A stretch of DNA of 58,403 nt from IMG/VR virus record IMGVR_UViG_3300007276_000054, positions 1 to 58,403 of that record. One strand, written 5' to 3'. The notes beneath the pieces are model-generated. The model was not told where the DNA came from. It saw only the letters and a program-made list of their open reading frames with translations, and made no database searches. Of this stretch, positions 44,289-52,282 are shown piece after piece. Source of the stretch: a virus (Duplodnaviria; Caudoviricetes). Made by a program: the position numbers and the translations under genes. The first letter of the stretch is position 1, and the number at the start of each line of letters is the position of its first letter.

Positions 44289-44751
44289 GCCTAATGTCAA
44301 TTTTGTTTCGGGCGCAAAAGTACATTTTGATTCGCCATTTGACTAATCAACCTTGTGAAAAAAGATGAGAGCAATACAGAGTCAGGGGATTATATATATA
44401 TAGAATCGAAATCGCATCAAAACCGAAACGATTTGTTGTAACCCACCCCCTTGGATTCGTGTCGGGTCGGCGCTAACATTCCAGCGTTTTGCCCAGCACC
44501 ATTGGAACCACAGCCCTCGTGACTGACACCACACCATGCAACGTGACGTGAACAGAGTCTCCGCACATCGATGCAGGTGCACAGGAGATAGGTACAATCA
44601 CACCCCTGCCTTTGCCGAGTTCGATTGAGTACCCATCTGTGGGTGTTAACATCTGTTGGCAATCACTGGATACTAGAACAAGATTGATATCCGTTTAACA
44701 CTCAACAACGCGACAGCTAATATATAACAGGCATCACATAACATACTGACA

Positions 44752-45243
44752 ATGAACAAGTTAAACATCACATTCAAGCGGGGCATCAACACAATCGATT
44801 TGAGCGCCGAGGGGTACGGAGTCTTCCAGCAAAAGGTCACTGACGTTTTCGTCGATGGCGAATTCAAAATGTTCATCTCCAAGGACGAGGTGCTCAAGGA
44901 CTACTCTGCCTTCGAGGACAATGACAGCGAAATGGTTGCTGGGGGCCAGACCTTAAAGGAGTGCAAAGAGAACGTTCAGCGCGTCCTGTTGAAGGAGGCT
45001 CGTGAGGACAATCAAGATGCATATGAGGACGCGGTACTCGAGCGTCGACACATGCGAAATGTCAAGGACGCTTGCACCACCCCCAGCGAACGATTCGAGG
45101 CTCAGGAAGCCATTGATATCGCACAGGCCAAACTGGATGCATTGCAGTCTGAGTTCGAGGCGATACTGGACCGCCTAAAGGACCTGATGCCTAGCCACGC
45201 ACGGAGCATGGCGCAAATCCGATTAGGTAAGTCAGCACAATAA
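44752..45243 (+). CDS. Early hypothetical protein (C-terminal coiled coil)
   Basis: First ORF of the plus-strand arm; C-ending codon bias. Confidence 0.7.
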   Translation: MNKLNITFKRGINTIDLSAEGYGVFQQKVTDVFVDGEFKMFISKDEVLKDYSAFEDNDSEMVAGGQTLKECKENVQRVLLKEAREDNQDAYEDAVLERRHMRNVKDACTTPSERFEAQEAIDIAQAKLDALQSEFEAILDRLKDLMPSHARSMAQIRLGKSAQ

Positions 45244-45263
45244 AGAAGAACCGGTGAACGTTA
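45236..45263 (+). promoter_or_regulatory. Repeated motif, copy 3
   Basis: CACAATAA-agaagaaccggtgaa-CGTTAccactata. Confidence 0.7.
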
Positions 45264-45294
45264 CCACTATATAACCCCCAACCCCCACGTCAAA

Positions 45295-45756
45295 ATGAGC
45301 ATGCTTCCAATCGTTTCCATCAAAGTCCAGAACGGCACATCCGTCGTCACGCTCTCCACCATGGGAGACACCACCCACGTCCAGACCGACACCGGAGTCT
45401 GCTTCCACGTCCGCCAGCTAGCTGAGGACAGCGTGTACTTCAAGCCCGCCCGGACCATCCTCAATCAGGCCCGTCAACTGGACCGCACCGAGCACGAGAT
45501 GAGCCAATCGTTCAAGTCTGTTCTAAGGGCCCGTCACAGCATCCAGAGCCTACTCAAGGACGGCGTAGATGCACCGAGCCATGCCGACGCGGACCGAATC
45601 GTTAACGACGCCTTCGACACCCTAGCGAAGTTGGAGGTGCTCCGAATCGAGGTCATGCGGGACCGGGACGAACTCCATCAGGACATCAAAGCGCAGAACT
45701 TCAGCAGCCGGATTGCCAACGGGGACGGCACGTCCACAGAAATTTTAGAGTACTGA
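45295..45756 (+). CDS. Early hypothetical protein
   Basis: 153-aa ORF downstream of the motif. Confidence 0.65.
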   Translation: MSMLPIVSIKVQNGTSVVTLSTMGDTTHVQTDTGVCFHVRQLAEDSVYFKPARTILNQARQLDRTEHEMSQSFKSVLRARHSIQSLLKDGVDAPSHADADRIVNDAFDTLAKLEVLRIEVMRDRDELHQDIKAQNFSSRIANGDGTSTEILEY

Positions 45757-45784
45757 CACAATAACCTGAAACCAGTACACGTTA
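45757..45784 (+). promoter_or_regulatory. Repeated motif, copy 4
   Basis: CACAATAA-cctgaaaccagtaca-CGTTAtactatt, upstream of ardC. Confidence 0.7.
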
Positions 45785-45832
45785 TACTATTGAACCGAGG
45801 GGGTAACAGGGCCCCCTCACAATTGAATCCAG

Positions 45833-46759
45833 ATGAGCAAAGAAAAGCAAGACATCTACCAGAAAGTGACCGACCGCATCGTGGCTGGTCTGAACCAAAA
45901 GGGCCTCACATGGTTCCGTCCATGGACCTCCGACGGAATGATGGCCCCCATCAATAACTCAACCGGACGGGCCTACAAGGGCATCAACGTCCTCCTGCTT
46001 TGCGCCGAGGCTGTTGAGCAAGGCTACGAGCACAACGAGTGGGTCACCTACAAGCAGGCCGTTGCCATAGGAGGCAATGTCAAGAAAGGTTCCGAGTCCA
46101 CCTTCATCGTGTTCTGGAACATCGTCTACAAGTGTGTTGAGACCGGGAAGAGCTACCGCAAGTTGGAAGACATTCCCGTGGGGAAGCGATACACAAAGCT
46201 GTTCTTCCCTCGTTCCTTCAACGTGTTCAACATCGACCAGTGCGAAGGTTTGGAGCCACGCCGTGAAAAGGTAGAGCCCACCGGAGACTTCAACCCGATT
46301 GAGCAGGCCGAGAACATCTACAAGGAGCAGTACCCTAAGGAGGTGCGCCCCACGTTGGCTCACGGCGGTTCGAGCGCCTTTTACGTCCCCAGCAAGCACC
46401 ATGTGCAAATGCCTAAGCAGGAGACATTCATCACCAGCGATGACTACTACAAGGTGCTCTTCCATGAGTTGGTCCACAGCACAGGACACGACACCATCCT
46501 CAAGCGGTTGGACAAGGTTGCTGCCTTCGGAGGCGATGCTTACAGCAAGGAAGAGTTGGTCGCTGAGATTGGTTCGCAGTTCCTCGTAGGTCTGACAGGG
46601 ATACAACCCAAGGACGATGAGACCAACAGCCAAGCCTACATCAATGGCTGGTGCAAGAAACTCACTGACCATCCAAAGATGGCTTTGAGTGCAGCGAACA
46701 AGGCCATGAAAGCCGTGGACTTCATCACAGGGGAGGGGGCAGTAGCTCCTTCCCTCTAA
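45833..46759 (+). CDS. ardC: ArdC-like antirestriction protein (ssDNA-binding N-domain + zincin metallopeptidase)
   Basis: W.RPW...N..TGRAYKGIN.LLL...W.TYKQA...GG.VKKG; FNVFNIDQ; FHELVHSTGH; YSKEELVAE. Confidence 0.9.
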   Translation: MSKEKQDIYQKVTDRIVAGLNQKGLTWFRPWTSDGMMAPINNSTGRAYKGINVLLLCAEAVEQGYEHNEWVTYKQAVAIGGNVKKGSESTFIVFWNIVYKCVETGKSYRKLEDIPVGKRYTKLFFPRSFNVFNIDQCEGLEPRREKVEPTGDFNPIEQAENIYKEQYPKEVRPTLAHGGSSAFYVPSKHHVQMPKQETFITSDDYYKVLFHELVHSTGHDTILKRLDKVAAFGGDAYSKEELVAEIGSQFLVGLTGIQPKDDETNSQAYINGWCKKLTDHPKMALSAANKAMKAVDFITGEGAVAPSL

Positions 46760-46770
46760 CCCCAGCAGCC

Positions 46771-46839
46771 ATGAGCCTATCGGAACTACAAGAGATGTAC
46801 GGACTCGAGTGGATTGACTACGTAGAGTTCTTAGATTGA
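46771..46839 (+). CDS. Possible 22-aa acidic microprotein
   Basis: MSLSELQEMYGLEWIDYVEFLD; fills the gap after ardC. Confidence 0.3.
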   Translation: MSLSELQEMYGLEWIDYVEFLD

Positions 46840-46877
46840 CCACCACGGCAATCGTTAACATTCATTCACAAATCAGG

Positions 46878-46905
46878 CACAATATGAAGAGACTTTACCC
46901 CGTTA
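46878..46905 (+). promoter_or_regulatory. Repeated motif, copy 5
   Basis: CACAATAT-gaagagactttaccc-CGTTActactata. Confidence 0.7.
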
Positions 46906-46928
46906 CTACTATACAAGACACAGAGAAA

Positions 46929-47285
46929 ATGAAAAAGATGACAGAATACAATTCAACCCCCATTGCATATGCAAGCTACCCAGCCACAGGTGTGGTAAGG
47001 ACAGACCGAAAGTTCAAGGCTCAAATCCAGTTCTACACTGGCAGCGCATGGGGCCGAGGCACATGGGACTGCACAAAGACCTTCAATGACGAAGGCCACC
47101 TTGACAACTTCATCGCTTACATCGAGCGTACAAAAGGATGGAACTTGGATGAGGTGTGGTACGTGAGCAACATCACTCCACTCAAGGATTCATGGGCCTA
47201 CCAAGGAGACCCGGTGAACCACTCCAAGCTCAGTGCATTCCACAAGCCTAATGGATGGAAGGCGCGAAGAGCAGCAGGTCTTTAA
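46929..47285 (+). CDS. Early hypothetical protein
   Basis: Start revised to the first ATG after the motif; KTFNDEGHLDNFI.Y motif. Confidence 0.65.
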   Translation: MKKMTEYNSTPIAYASYPATGVVRTDRKFKAQIQFYTGSAWGRGTWDCTKTFNDEGHLDNFIAYIERTKGWNLDEVWYVSNITPLKDSWAYQGDPVNHSKLSAFHKPNGWKARRAAGL

Positions 47286-47302
47286 CAAAACCCCCACCCA
47301 GA

Positions 47303-47470
47303 ATGATTTTTGACAATTCCCCCAATCCGTTTGTAGAGCTAGACCTTAACAAAGAAGAGTTGGTTGAAGCCTATGGTTTCTTCGCCGATGTAGACCCTGA
47401 AGCCCAGAGTCTGGTGATTAGCGCAATGGATATGAAATACTCCCTGATGGAGCTTGTTAACTTCCATTAA
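47303..47470 (+). CDS. Small acidic hypothetical protein
   Basis: MIFDNSPNPF..., 55 aa. Confidence 0.5.
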   Translation: MIFDNSPNPFVELDLNKEELVEAYGFFADVDPEAQSLVISAMDMKYSLMELVNFH

Positions 47471-47479
47471 CAACCCGAG

Positions 47480-47506
47480 CACAATAACAGCATACTTGCC
47501 GCGTTA
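47480..47506 (+). promoter_or_regulatory. Repeated motif, copy 6
   Basis: CACAATAA-cagcatacttgccg-CGTTAttaatac. Confidence 0.7.
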
Positions 47507-47542
47507 TTAATACAGAAGCAGTTCAATTAAAATCTTAGTAAA

Positions 47543-48805
47543 ATGACCGAAGTAAAATTCAACATCGACATCGAGACAGACATGATGTCCATCGCTCAAA
47601 GCATAGCAGACAACAACTGCTTGGACATCTTGAAGTCTAAGTACGCCTTCAAGAACGCCCTGTGCGTGGCTTTCTACGACAAACACAAGGACTCTATGGG
47701 CCACTGCAACTTGCGCATCTGGAACGTAAACACTGAAGAGGTGGCTGAGCTCAAGGCAGAGCTTTTGCCAGAGGGACTCACGGAACTTGCGCGGTCAGTT
47801 CGCCAGCGTATGGAGAAGCAAATGATGGAGGAGTCAGGCAGGCGATACGTTTCCATTGGAGGCTCTGAGATGAAGCAGTTCCAAGATGCCATCGATGTGG
47901 CCTTCGGAGTGCAAACATTTCTAAGCGGAAGCAAGCACGACTACAGCTACGAGTTCAACAGAGTCATTGAATGCTTAGACGACATTGCCGACCACGGCTA
48001 CGGTACACGCCTCGACCAAGGCATGATTGAAGAGCGCAACACCCGTGCCCGTCGCAAGTTCAAGCGTGGTCGCTTCCTTAAGAAGGACACCCTGAAGAGC
48101 GGCGAGAGCAGCGCGTACAACATCAACGTGGACGCAGTTGTGCAAGACCACCCAGACATCATGGATGGCATCAAGGTCGTCCCTCCTGTTCTCCGTCTTT
48201 CTAAGGAGCAAGGTGACACTGAATTCACGATGCACCGCGTCTTGCCTGATGGCACCGAGAATTACATGACGTACCCGGACAATCTGTTCGCCGCCGTCAA
48301 CCAGCTGGGCAGTATGCTCAAGCGTCGAGAGGCTGGGGCTATCAAGAAGGCCACCCAGAACGCCGCTCAGGGCCGTGACCTCAAAGAGGACAACGGATTC
48401 TACACCAACGAGGAACTCGCTATCCTGTTGCAAGGTGTTGAGCTCCCTGAGGAGCAGACCTACGCCGTCATCGACACGGGCAAGCCCAACGAGCACAGCT
48501 GTAGCCGTCTGGTGACTGACGCGGAGCGCCACGCTGTTGTAGAGGAGCTGTTCGCAGCTGGTCGCAACCCACGCATCGTCATGAGTGGTATGACCCACGC
48601 CACGGCAAAGAAGGTGGAGGCCAAGCTCCAGCGTTCCGCCTACATCGTCTCGAAGCAGAAGAGTGTTTGCGAGAGCATCACCTCTCTGCGTGAGAAACTG
48701 GAGGAGTTGGTCAAGGAGAACAAGAACTTGTCGGAGTCCAAGTCTGACAACAACGAAGCGATGATGGAGCTAATTAACAGTTCTTCACAAGTCAGCGCAC
48801 AATAA
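47543..48805 (+). CDS. Early hypothetical protein (420 aa)
   Basis: Long ORF with strong codon bias; no motif recognised. Confidence 0.75.
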   Translation: MTEVKFNIDIETDMMSIAQSIADNNCLDILKSKYAFKNALCVAFYDKHKDSMGHCNLRIWNVNTEEVAELKAELLPEGLTELARSVRQRMEKQMMEESGRRYVSIGGSEMKQFQDAIDVAFGVQTFLSGSKHDYSYEFNRVIECLDDIADHGYGTRLDQGMIEERNTRARRKFKRGRFLKKDTLKSGESSAYNINVDAVVQDHPDIMDGIKVVPPVLRLSKEQGDTEFTMHRVLPDGTENYMTYPDNLFAAVNQLGSMLKRREAGAIKKATQNAAQGRDLKEDNGFYTNEELAILLQGVELPEEQTYAVIDTGKPNEHSCSRLVTDAERHAVVEELFAAGRNPRIVMSGMTHATAKKVEAKLQRSAYIVSKQKSVCESITSLREKLEELVKENKNLSESKSDNNEAMMELINSSSQVSAQ

Positions 48806-48824
48806 CAAGGAAAGTCCTGCGTTA
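48798..48824 (+). promoter_or_regulatory. Repeated motif, copy 7
   Basis: CACAATAA-caaggaaagtcctg-CGTTAttactgta. Confidence 0.7.
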
Positions 48825-48857
48825 TTACTGTAGAAGCCACATGAAAAACACATCATC

Positions 48858-49106
48858 ATGACTGAAAAAATCATTAAGACAACAGAAGACGGATGGGACT
48901 GCGCTCCCTCCATCATGGAGGTATCCGAGCTACTCCCACAGGCTCGTGAGATGTACCACGAGATTCAGTGTTGCAAGCGAAGCATGAGCGCGAAGGACAT
49001 GCTCAGCGACCTCAAAGATTTCGTCACCGACCTCAAGCAAAGGATAGACGATGCCGTTGAAGTATTGGAAGGAGTTGAATTTGAAACCGTTGACGATGAA
49101 GACTAA
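48858..49106 (+). CDS. Hypothetical acidic protein
   Basis: 82-aa ORF after the motif. Confidence 0.6.
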   Translation: MTEKIIKTTEDGWDCAPSIMEVSELLPQAREMYHEIQCCKRSMSAKDMLSDLKDFVTDLKQRIDDAVEVLEGVEFETVDDED

Positions 49107-49326
49107 AGCATTTATGGTTCCAACCCGACAGCTTACAAAGCGTCTCTCGGACTACGAGTCAGGCAATCTCAATGTAGACCAAGTCCTTGACCTCTATTCT
49201 GTATTGATTCAGAATGGCATGGCGTGGACACTCGAAAGCAAGTACGGAAGAATGGCACGCCATCTCATTGATTCTGGTTCATTAACATCTGATGGCACAA
49301 TAACTCACGAACATCTCCCGTTCTGA
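49096..49326 (+). CDS. Conserved small phage protein
   Basis: YESG.L......L...LI..G.AW.L...YGR.A..LI..G motif; start revised to MKTKAF. Confidence 0.65.
   Translation: MKTKAFMVPTRQLTKRLSDYESGNLNVDQVLDLYSVLIQNGMAWTLESKYGRMARHLIDSGSLTSDGTITHEHLPF
49296..49323 (+). promoter_or_regulatory. Repeated motif, copy 8
   Basis: CACAATAA-ctcacgaacatctcc-CGTTCtgactaca. Confidence 0.6.
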
Positions 49327-49352
49327 CTACAGAAAACATTAAAACAATTACG

Positions 49353-49589
49353 ATGAGTGCATTTGAAAAAACCCCACGACCATTTAAGGTCGTAATGAAT
49401 AAGGCCACCAAGTCTGGTGTGTTTAAGATTCAAATCGGTGAGCTGGAGCTCAGTATCACCACCCTTGACGGTAACAACGAAGCCGTAGTCTTCTCCAAGA
49501 GTGGAGACCAGATTGCAGAGCGCAGGTTCACAGACTTCAATGAGGTTGTGTCCTTTTTCTGGAAGCTGGAGCACATCGATAGCGAGTGA
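49353..49589 (+). CDS. Hypothetical protein
   Basis: 78-aa ORF after the motif. Confidence 0.6.
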   Translation: MSAFEKTPRPFKVVMNKATKSGVFKIQIGELELSITTLDGNNEAVVFSKSGDQIAERRFTDFNEVVSFFWKLEHIDSE

Positions 49590-49593
49590 AGAC

Positions 49594-49689
49594 ATGGACA
49601 ACAAAAACTTTTCTGATACCATGTGCAATATTGGTTGGCTCGGTATCGTTATAACACTGACTCTAATCTTAATTCAATCCAAATGCTAG
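49594..49689 (+). CDS. Small single-TM protein
   Basis: MDNKNFSDTMCNIGWLGIVITLTLILIQSKC. Confidence 0.4.
   Translation: MDNKNFSDTMCNIGWLGIVITLTLILIQSKC
49626..49652 (+). promoter_or_regulatory. Repeated motif, copy 9
   Basis: tgCAATAT-tggttggctcggtat-CGTTAT, upstream of the ATG at 49683. Confidence 0.55.
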
Positions 49690-49883
49690 AAGTACAAGAG
49701 AAAAACCGGAGGACATTTCAACTCCACGACAGCGAGACAATTTGTAAGCTGTTCCTTAACGCCTGTCGCCAATTAGACGCCGGGAAATTAACACCAGAAG
49801 AGTTTACCCAGAGTTGCATGCGTATCAACGACGAAGCAGAAAACTACGGTCTGTTGGACTCTTTAACTGATTGGGAATCATGA
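49683..49883 (+). CDS. Hypothetical protein
   Basis: MLEVQEK...; start revised. Confidence 0.55.
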   Translation: MLEVQEKNRRTFQLHDSETICKLFLNACRQLDAGKLTPEEFTQSCMRINDEAENYGLLDSLTDWES

Positions 49884-50092
49884 GCATTAAAAAAAAGTTC
49901 ATAAGAAAGGTGCTCAAAATGTTGAAACTTTCCCACGGATTCCCGAACTTCGCCAAACAAGCAAACGCGGAGCGGAAAGATTTCGTAACCCTACTGTCTC
50001 AACAGAGCATGATGCTCGACGAATATGAAACTCTAGTTGCTGAGTATGACAAGCAACTCAACCCTGAAACTAAAATTCAATCCAATGAGTGA
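49880..50092 (+). CDS. Hypothetical protein
   Basis: ATGA-coupled ORF, MSIKKKF... Confidence 0.55.
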   Translation: MSIKKKFIRKVLKMLKLSHGFPNFAKQANAERKDFVTLLSQQSMMLDEYETLVAEYDKQLNPETKIQSNE

Positions 50093-50642
50093 TTACAAAT
50101 TCAAGACCACGAACATACGTGGCAAAAAATACGTCGAGGTAAGCGAGCGTATCAAATTTTTCCGTCAAGAAGAACGGTTTAAAAACTGGACAATCTCTTC
50201 TGAAATCACGATGTCAGATGACAGGAAAGAGGTTATCTGTAAGACCATCATCGCTGACACAGAACAACGAGTCATCTCTACGGGGCACGCTCACGAAGAG
50301 AGGGCTTCCAGCAACATCAACAAGACTAGCTTCGTAGAGAACTGTGAAACTTCAGCAATCGGAAGAGCTCTAGCCATGCTGGGAATTGGTATCGATGTAA
50401 GTATCGCGTCAGCAAACGAGGTGAAGGACGCCATCGCTAAACAAGACGCCAAGCCAGCAGTAAAGAAACAGACTACTGAGGAGTCTACAGAGAGTGACTA
50501 CCAGAAAGCAATAACCTTCTTGAAGAACTCGTCTGACCCCGTTGATGCGTGGAGCAAGATTAGCAAGCAGTCAAAAACCAAGTTCAGTGACGAGCAGTAT
50601 GACAGACTTCAATCGTTCGTTGCCGAAAAATCCAAGAGCTAA
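50085..50642 (+). CDS. Single-strand annealing protein (Rad52/Sak-like)
   Basis: IRGKKYVEV.ERI...TGHA.E......IN.TSFVENCETSAIGRALA.LGIG....IASA.EV; paired with an exonuclease. Confidence 0.7.
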   Translation: MSDYKFKTTNIRGKKYVEVSERIKFFRQEERFKNWTISSEITMSDDRKEVICKTIIADTEQRVISTGHAHEERASSNINKTSFVENCETSAIGRALAMLGIGIDVSIASANEVKDAIAKQDAKPAVKKQTTEESTESDYQKAITFLKNSSDPVDAWSKISKQSKTKFSDEQYDRLQSFVAEKSKS

Positions 50643-51406
50643 TGTTGAGTATTAAGCTAGCAGAAGCAGTAGGTAAGGGCCACTTATCCTATAGCTCAAT
50701 CAAGTACGCACTCCAAGACATGAAGCTTTGGGAGATGTACATGAAAGGCCAGCTCTTTAAGGAGAGCGAGGCACTAACCTTCGGAAGCATGTATGACTGC
50801 CTACTCTTTACTCCTGAGAACTTCGACAAGCAGTTCATGGTGCTCAATGATAGTGCCCAGTGTAAGGAGATTGGCGGGCGTGCCCCTCGAATGACAAACA
50901 AGTACAAAGCTTGGGTCAAGGACTATCACGAAGATGCTGAAGAGAAAGGAGTCAAGCTCATCGGAGAAGACGACTTCAAGAAGGCTAATGAGATGATTGA
51001 AAGACTCAAGGTGAGTGGCGTATTGGAAACCTACCTCATCGGTAACTACCAGCACGAGTTCAATCAGGAAATCAACGGGATACCTGTTCGAGGATTCTTG
51101 GATTGCCTGAACAAAGACTACATCAGTGACCACAAAACCACGAGGAGCTTATCGTCTTTCAGGTATGCAGTAAAAGATTACGGATACGATATCCAAGCTT
51201 ACATCTACTGCTCCGTGTTAGGCATTGACAAGTTCTACTGGGTGGCACAAGAGAAAGCATATCCTTTTGCTATTGGGGTCTATGAAGCAAGTGAAGAGAC
51301 CTTGGCTAGAGGAGAGCAGAAATTCAACAAAGCCGTAGAGAGAATCACCCGGTATTTGGACAACAACCTGAAGACCGATACGTTCTTCATCAAAGAAACA
51401 ATCTAA
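50642..51406 (+). CDS. PD-(D/E)XK exonuclease (RecE/exonuclease VIII-like)
   Basis: LSYSSIK, AL.FGS, RGFLD...ISDHKTT, YGYDIQAYIY, FYWVAQEK..P motifs. Confidence 0.8.
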   Translation: MLSIKLAEAVGKGHLSYSSIKYALQDMKLWEMYMKGQLFKESEALTFGSMYDCLLFTPENFDKQFMVLNDSAQCKEIGGRAPRMTNKYKAWVKDYHEDAEEKGVKLIGEDDFKKANEMIERLKVSGVLETYLIGNYQHEFNQEINGIPVRGFLDCLNKDYISDHKTTRSLSSFRYAVKDYGYDIQAYIYCSVLGIDKFYWVAQEKAYPFAIGVYEASEETLARGEQKFNKAVERITRYLDNNLKTDTFFIKETI

Positions 51407-51672
51407 TGACATTGCAACAACTCATCGAGAAAGCAAACTCCCACTTCGGTATCGACGTGACTATGCCAACAAACTTCAGCGGCGATGGTTTTGAACCACG
51501 TTGCCTGACCACGTACTACGCCATCACAAATATGAAGGCTCCGTACAACAAGTTGGCAGACGTCATGAAGTCCGACAGGAACGAGCTTAGACTGATGTGG
51601 TTGTATGCAGAAGGAAACCTCGGCGTAGTGAACAAACGTCGAGCGTACAAAGCGTTCACAAACACTCTTTAA
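51406..51672 (+). CDS. Small protein, possibly degenerate DnaA domain IV-like HTH
   Basis: HFGIDV...R.......LA.VM..DR pattern. Confidence 0.45.
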   Translation: MTLQQLIEKANSHFGIDVTMPTNFSGDGFEPRCLTTYYAITNMKAPYNKLADVMKSDRNELRLMWLYAEGNLGVVNKRRAYKAFTNTL

Positions 51673-51684
51673 TTTTTTCATACC

Positions 51685-51945
51685 ATGGCTGATAACAGCA
51701 ACGTGTATGCGGGATACACAGAATCCCCGCGAGTCCAACAGCGAATCTCTTTCACTACGGAAGAGCTTGATAACCTCAAGCAGTACGCTACTGAGAAAGG
51801 ACGTGTCTACTTGACCGTCGTGTCTGTCCCTCACAAGGACGATAACCGCAAGATGAAAGCCTTTTGTGAGGTCTATGACCCCAACGCTCCCAAAGAGCAA
51901 GACCGAAAGGCAAATGCAATGACTACAACTGAGGTTCCTTTCTGA
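51685..51945 (+). CDS. Putative minimal single-stranded DNA-binding protein
   Basis: Short beta-rich body with SSB-like C-terminal EVPF tail; in the recombination cluster. Confidence 0.5.
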   Translation: MADNSNVYAGYTESPRVQQRISFTTEELDNLKQYATEKGRVYLTVVSVPHKDDNRKMKAFCEVYDPNAPKEQDRKANAMTTTEVPF

Positions 51946-51967
51946 GGAATCCATAGTAGTTGTTAGT

Positions 51968-52011
51968 GAGGGGGGGAGGCATCGACCATCGTATTCTTCC
52001 CCCTTTTTCTT
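51968..52011 (+). terminator. Terminator-like hairpin before tRNA
   Basis: gaggggggga...ttcccccttttt. Confidence 0.5.
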
Positions 52012-52085
52012 GCCCTCGTAGCTCAGATGGATAGAGCAACTGCCTTCTAAGCAGTAGGCCATAGGTTCGATTCCTATCGAGGGTG
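52012..52085 (+). tRNA. tRNA-Arg (anticodon UCU)
   Basis: Acceptor GCCCTCG/CGAGGGT, D arm GCTC..GAGC, anticodon arm ACTGC-CTTCTAA-GCAGT, T arm ATAGG-TTCGATT-CCTAT; CCA not encoded. Confidence 0.95.
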
Positions 52086-52089
52086 CATT

Positions 52090-52254
52090 AAGTCACACGC
52101 CCATCTTAAACTTTACCTTGTCGGGTGAGGTGGGGTGTCCAGTCCTTTACCTTAAGTATTATAGTAGGAGTAAGGGGTCAAGTCAGGTGGTGTGTGGCGA
52201 CTTGTGTAGGCCCTGTTATGGACATCAAAGACTGACGGCTCGGAAAGACGAGCA
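52090..52254 (+). ncRNA. Candidate structured RNA downstream of tRNA
   Basis: ORF-free; several complementary segments; terminal gctcg-gaaaga-cgagc hairpin. Confidence 0.45.
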
Positions 52255-52282
52255 TCCTCGAACACAATTAAACCAATTATAA

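Noticed and set aside
45959-46861. 300-aa antisense ORF opposite ardC, and similar shadow ORFs (47975-48598, 40384-40992, 27782-28462, 51403-52062)
   Set aside because: They lie opposite well-supported genes, have no recognisable motifs, and are explained by codon bias or repeats.
45236-49652. Repeated motif as integron attC sites or a CRISPR array
   Set aside because: The TAAC...GTTA dyad is too short for attC and no integrase is present. Copies are separated by whole genes, the internal spacer varies, and there are no cas genes.
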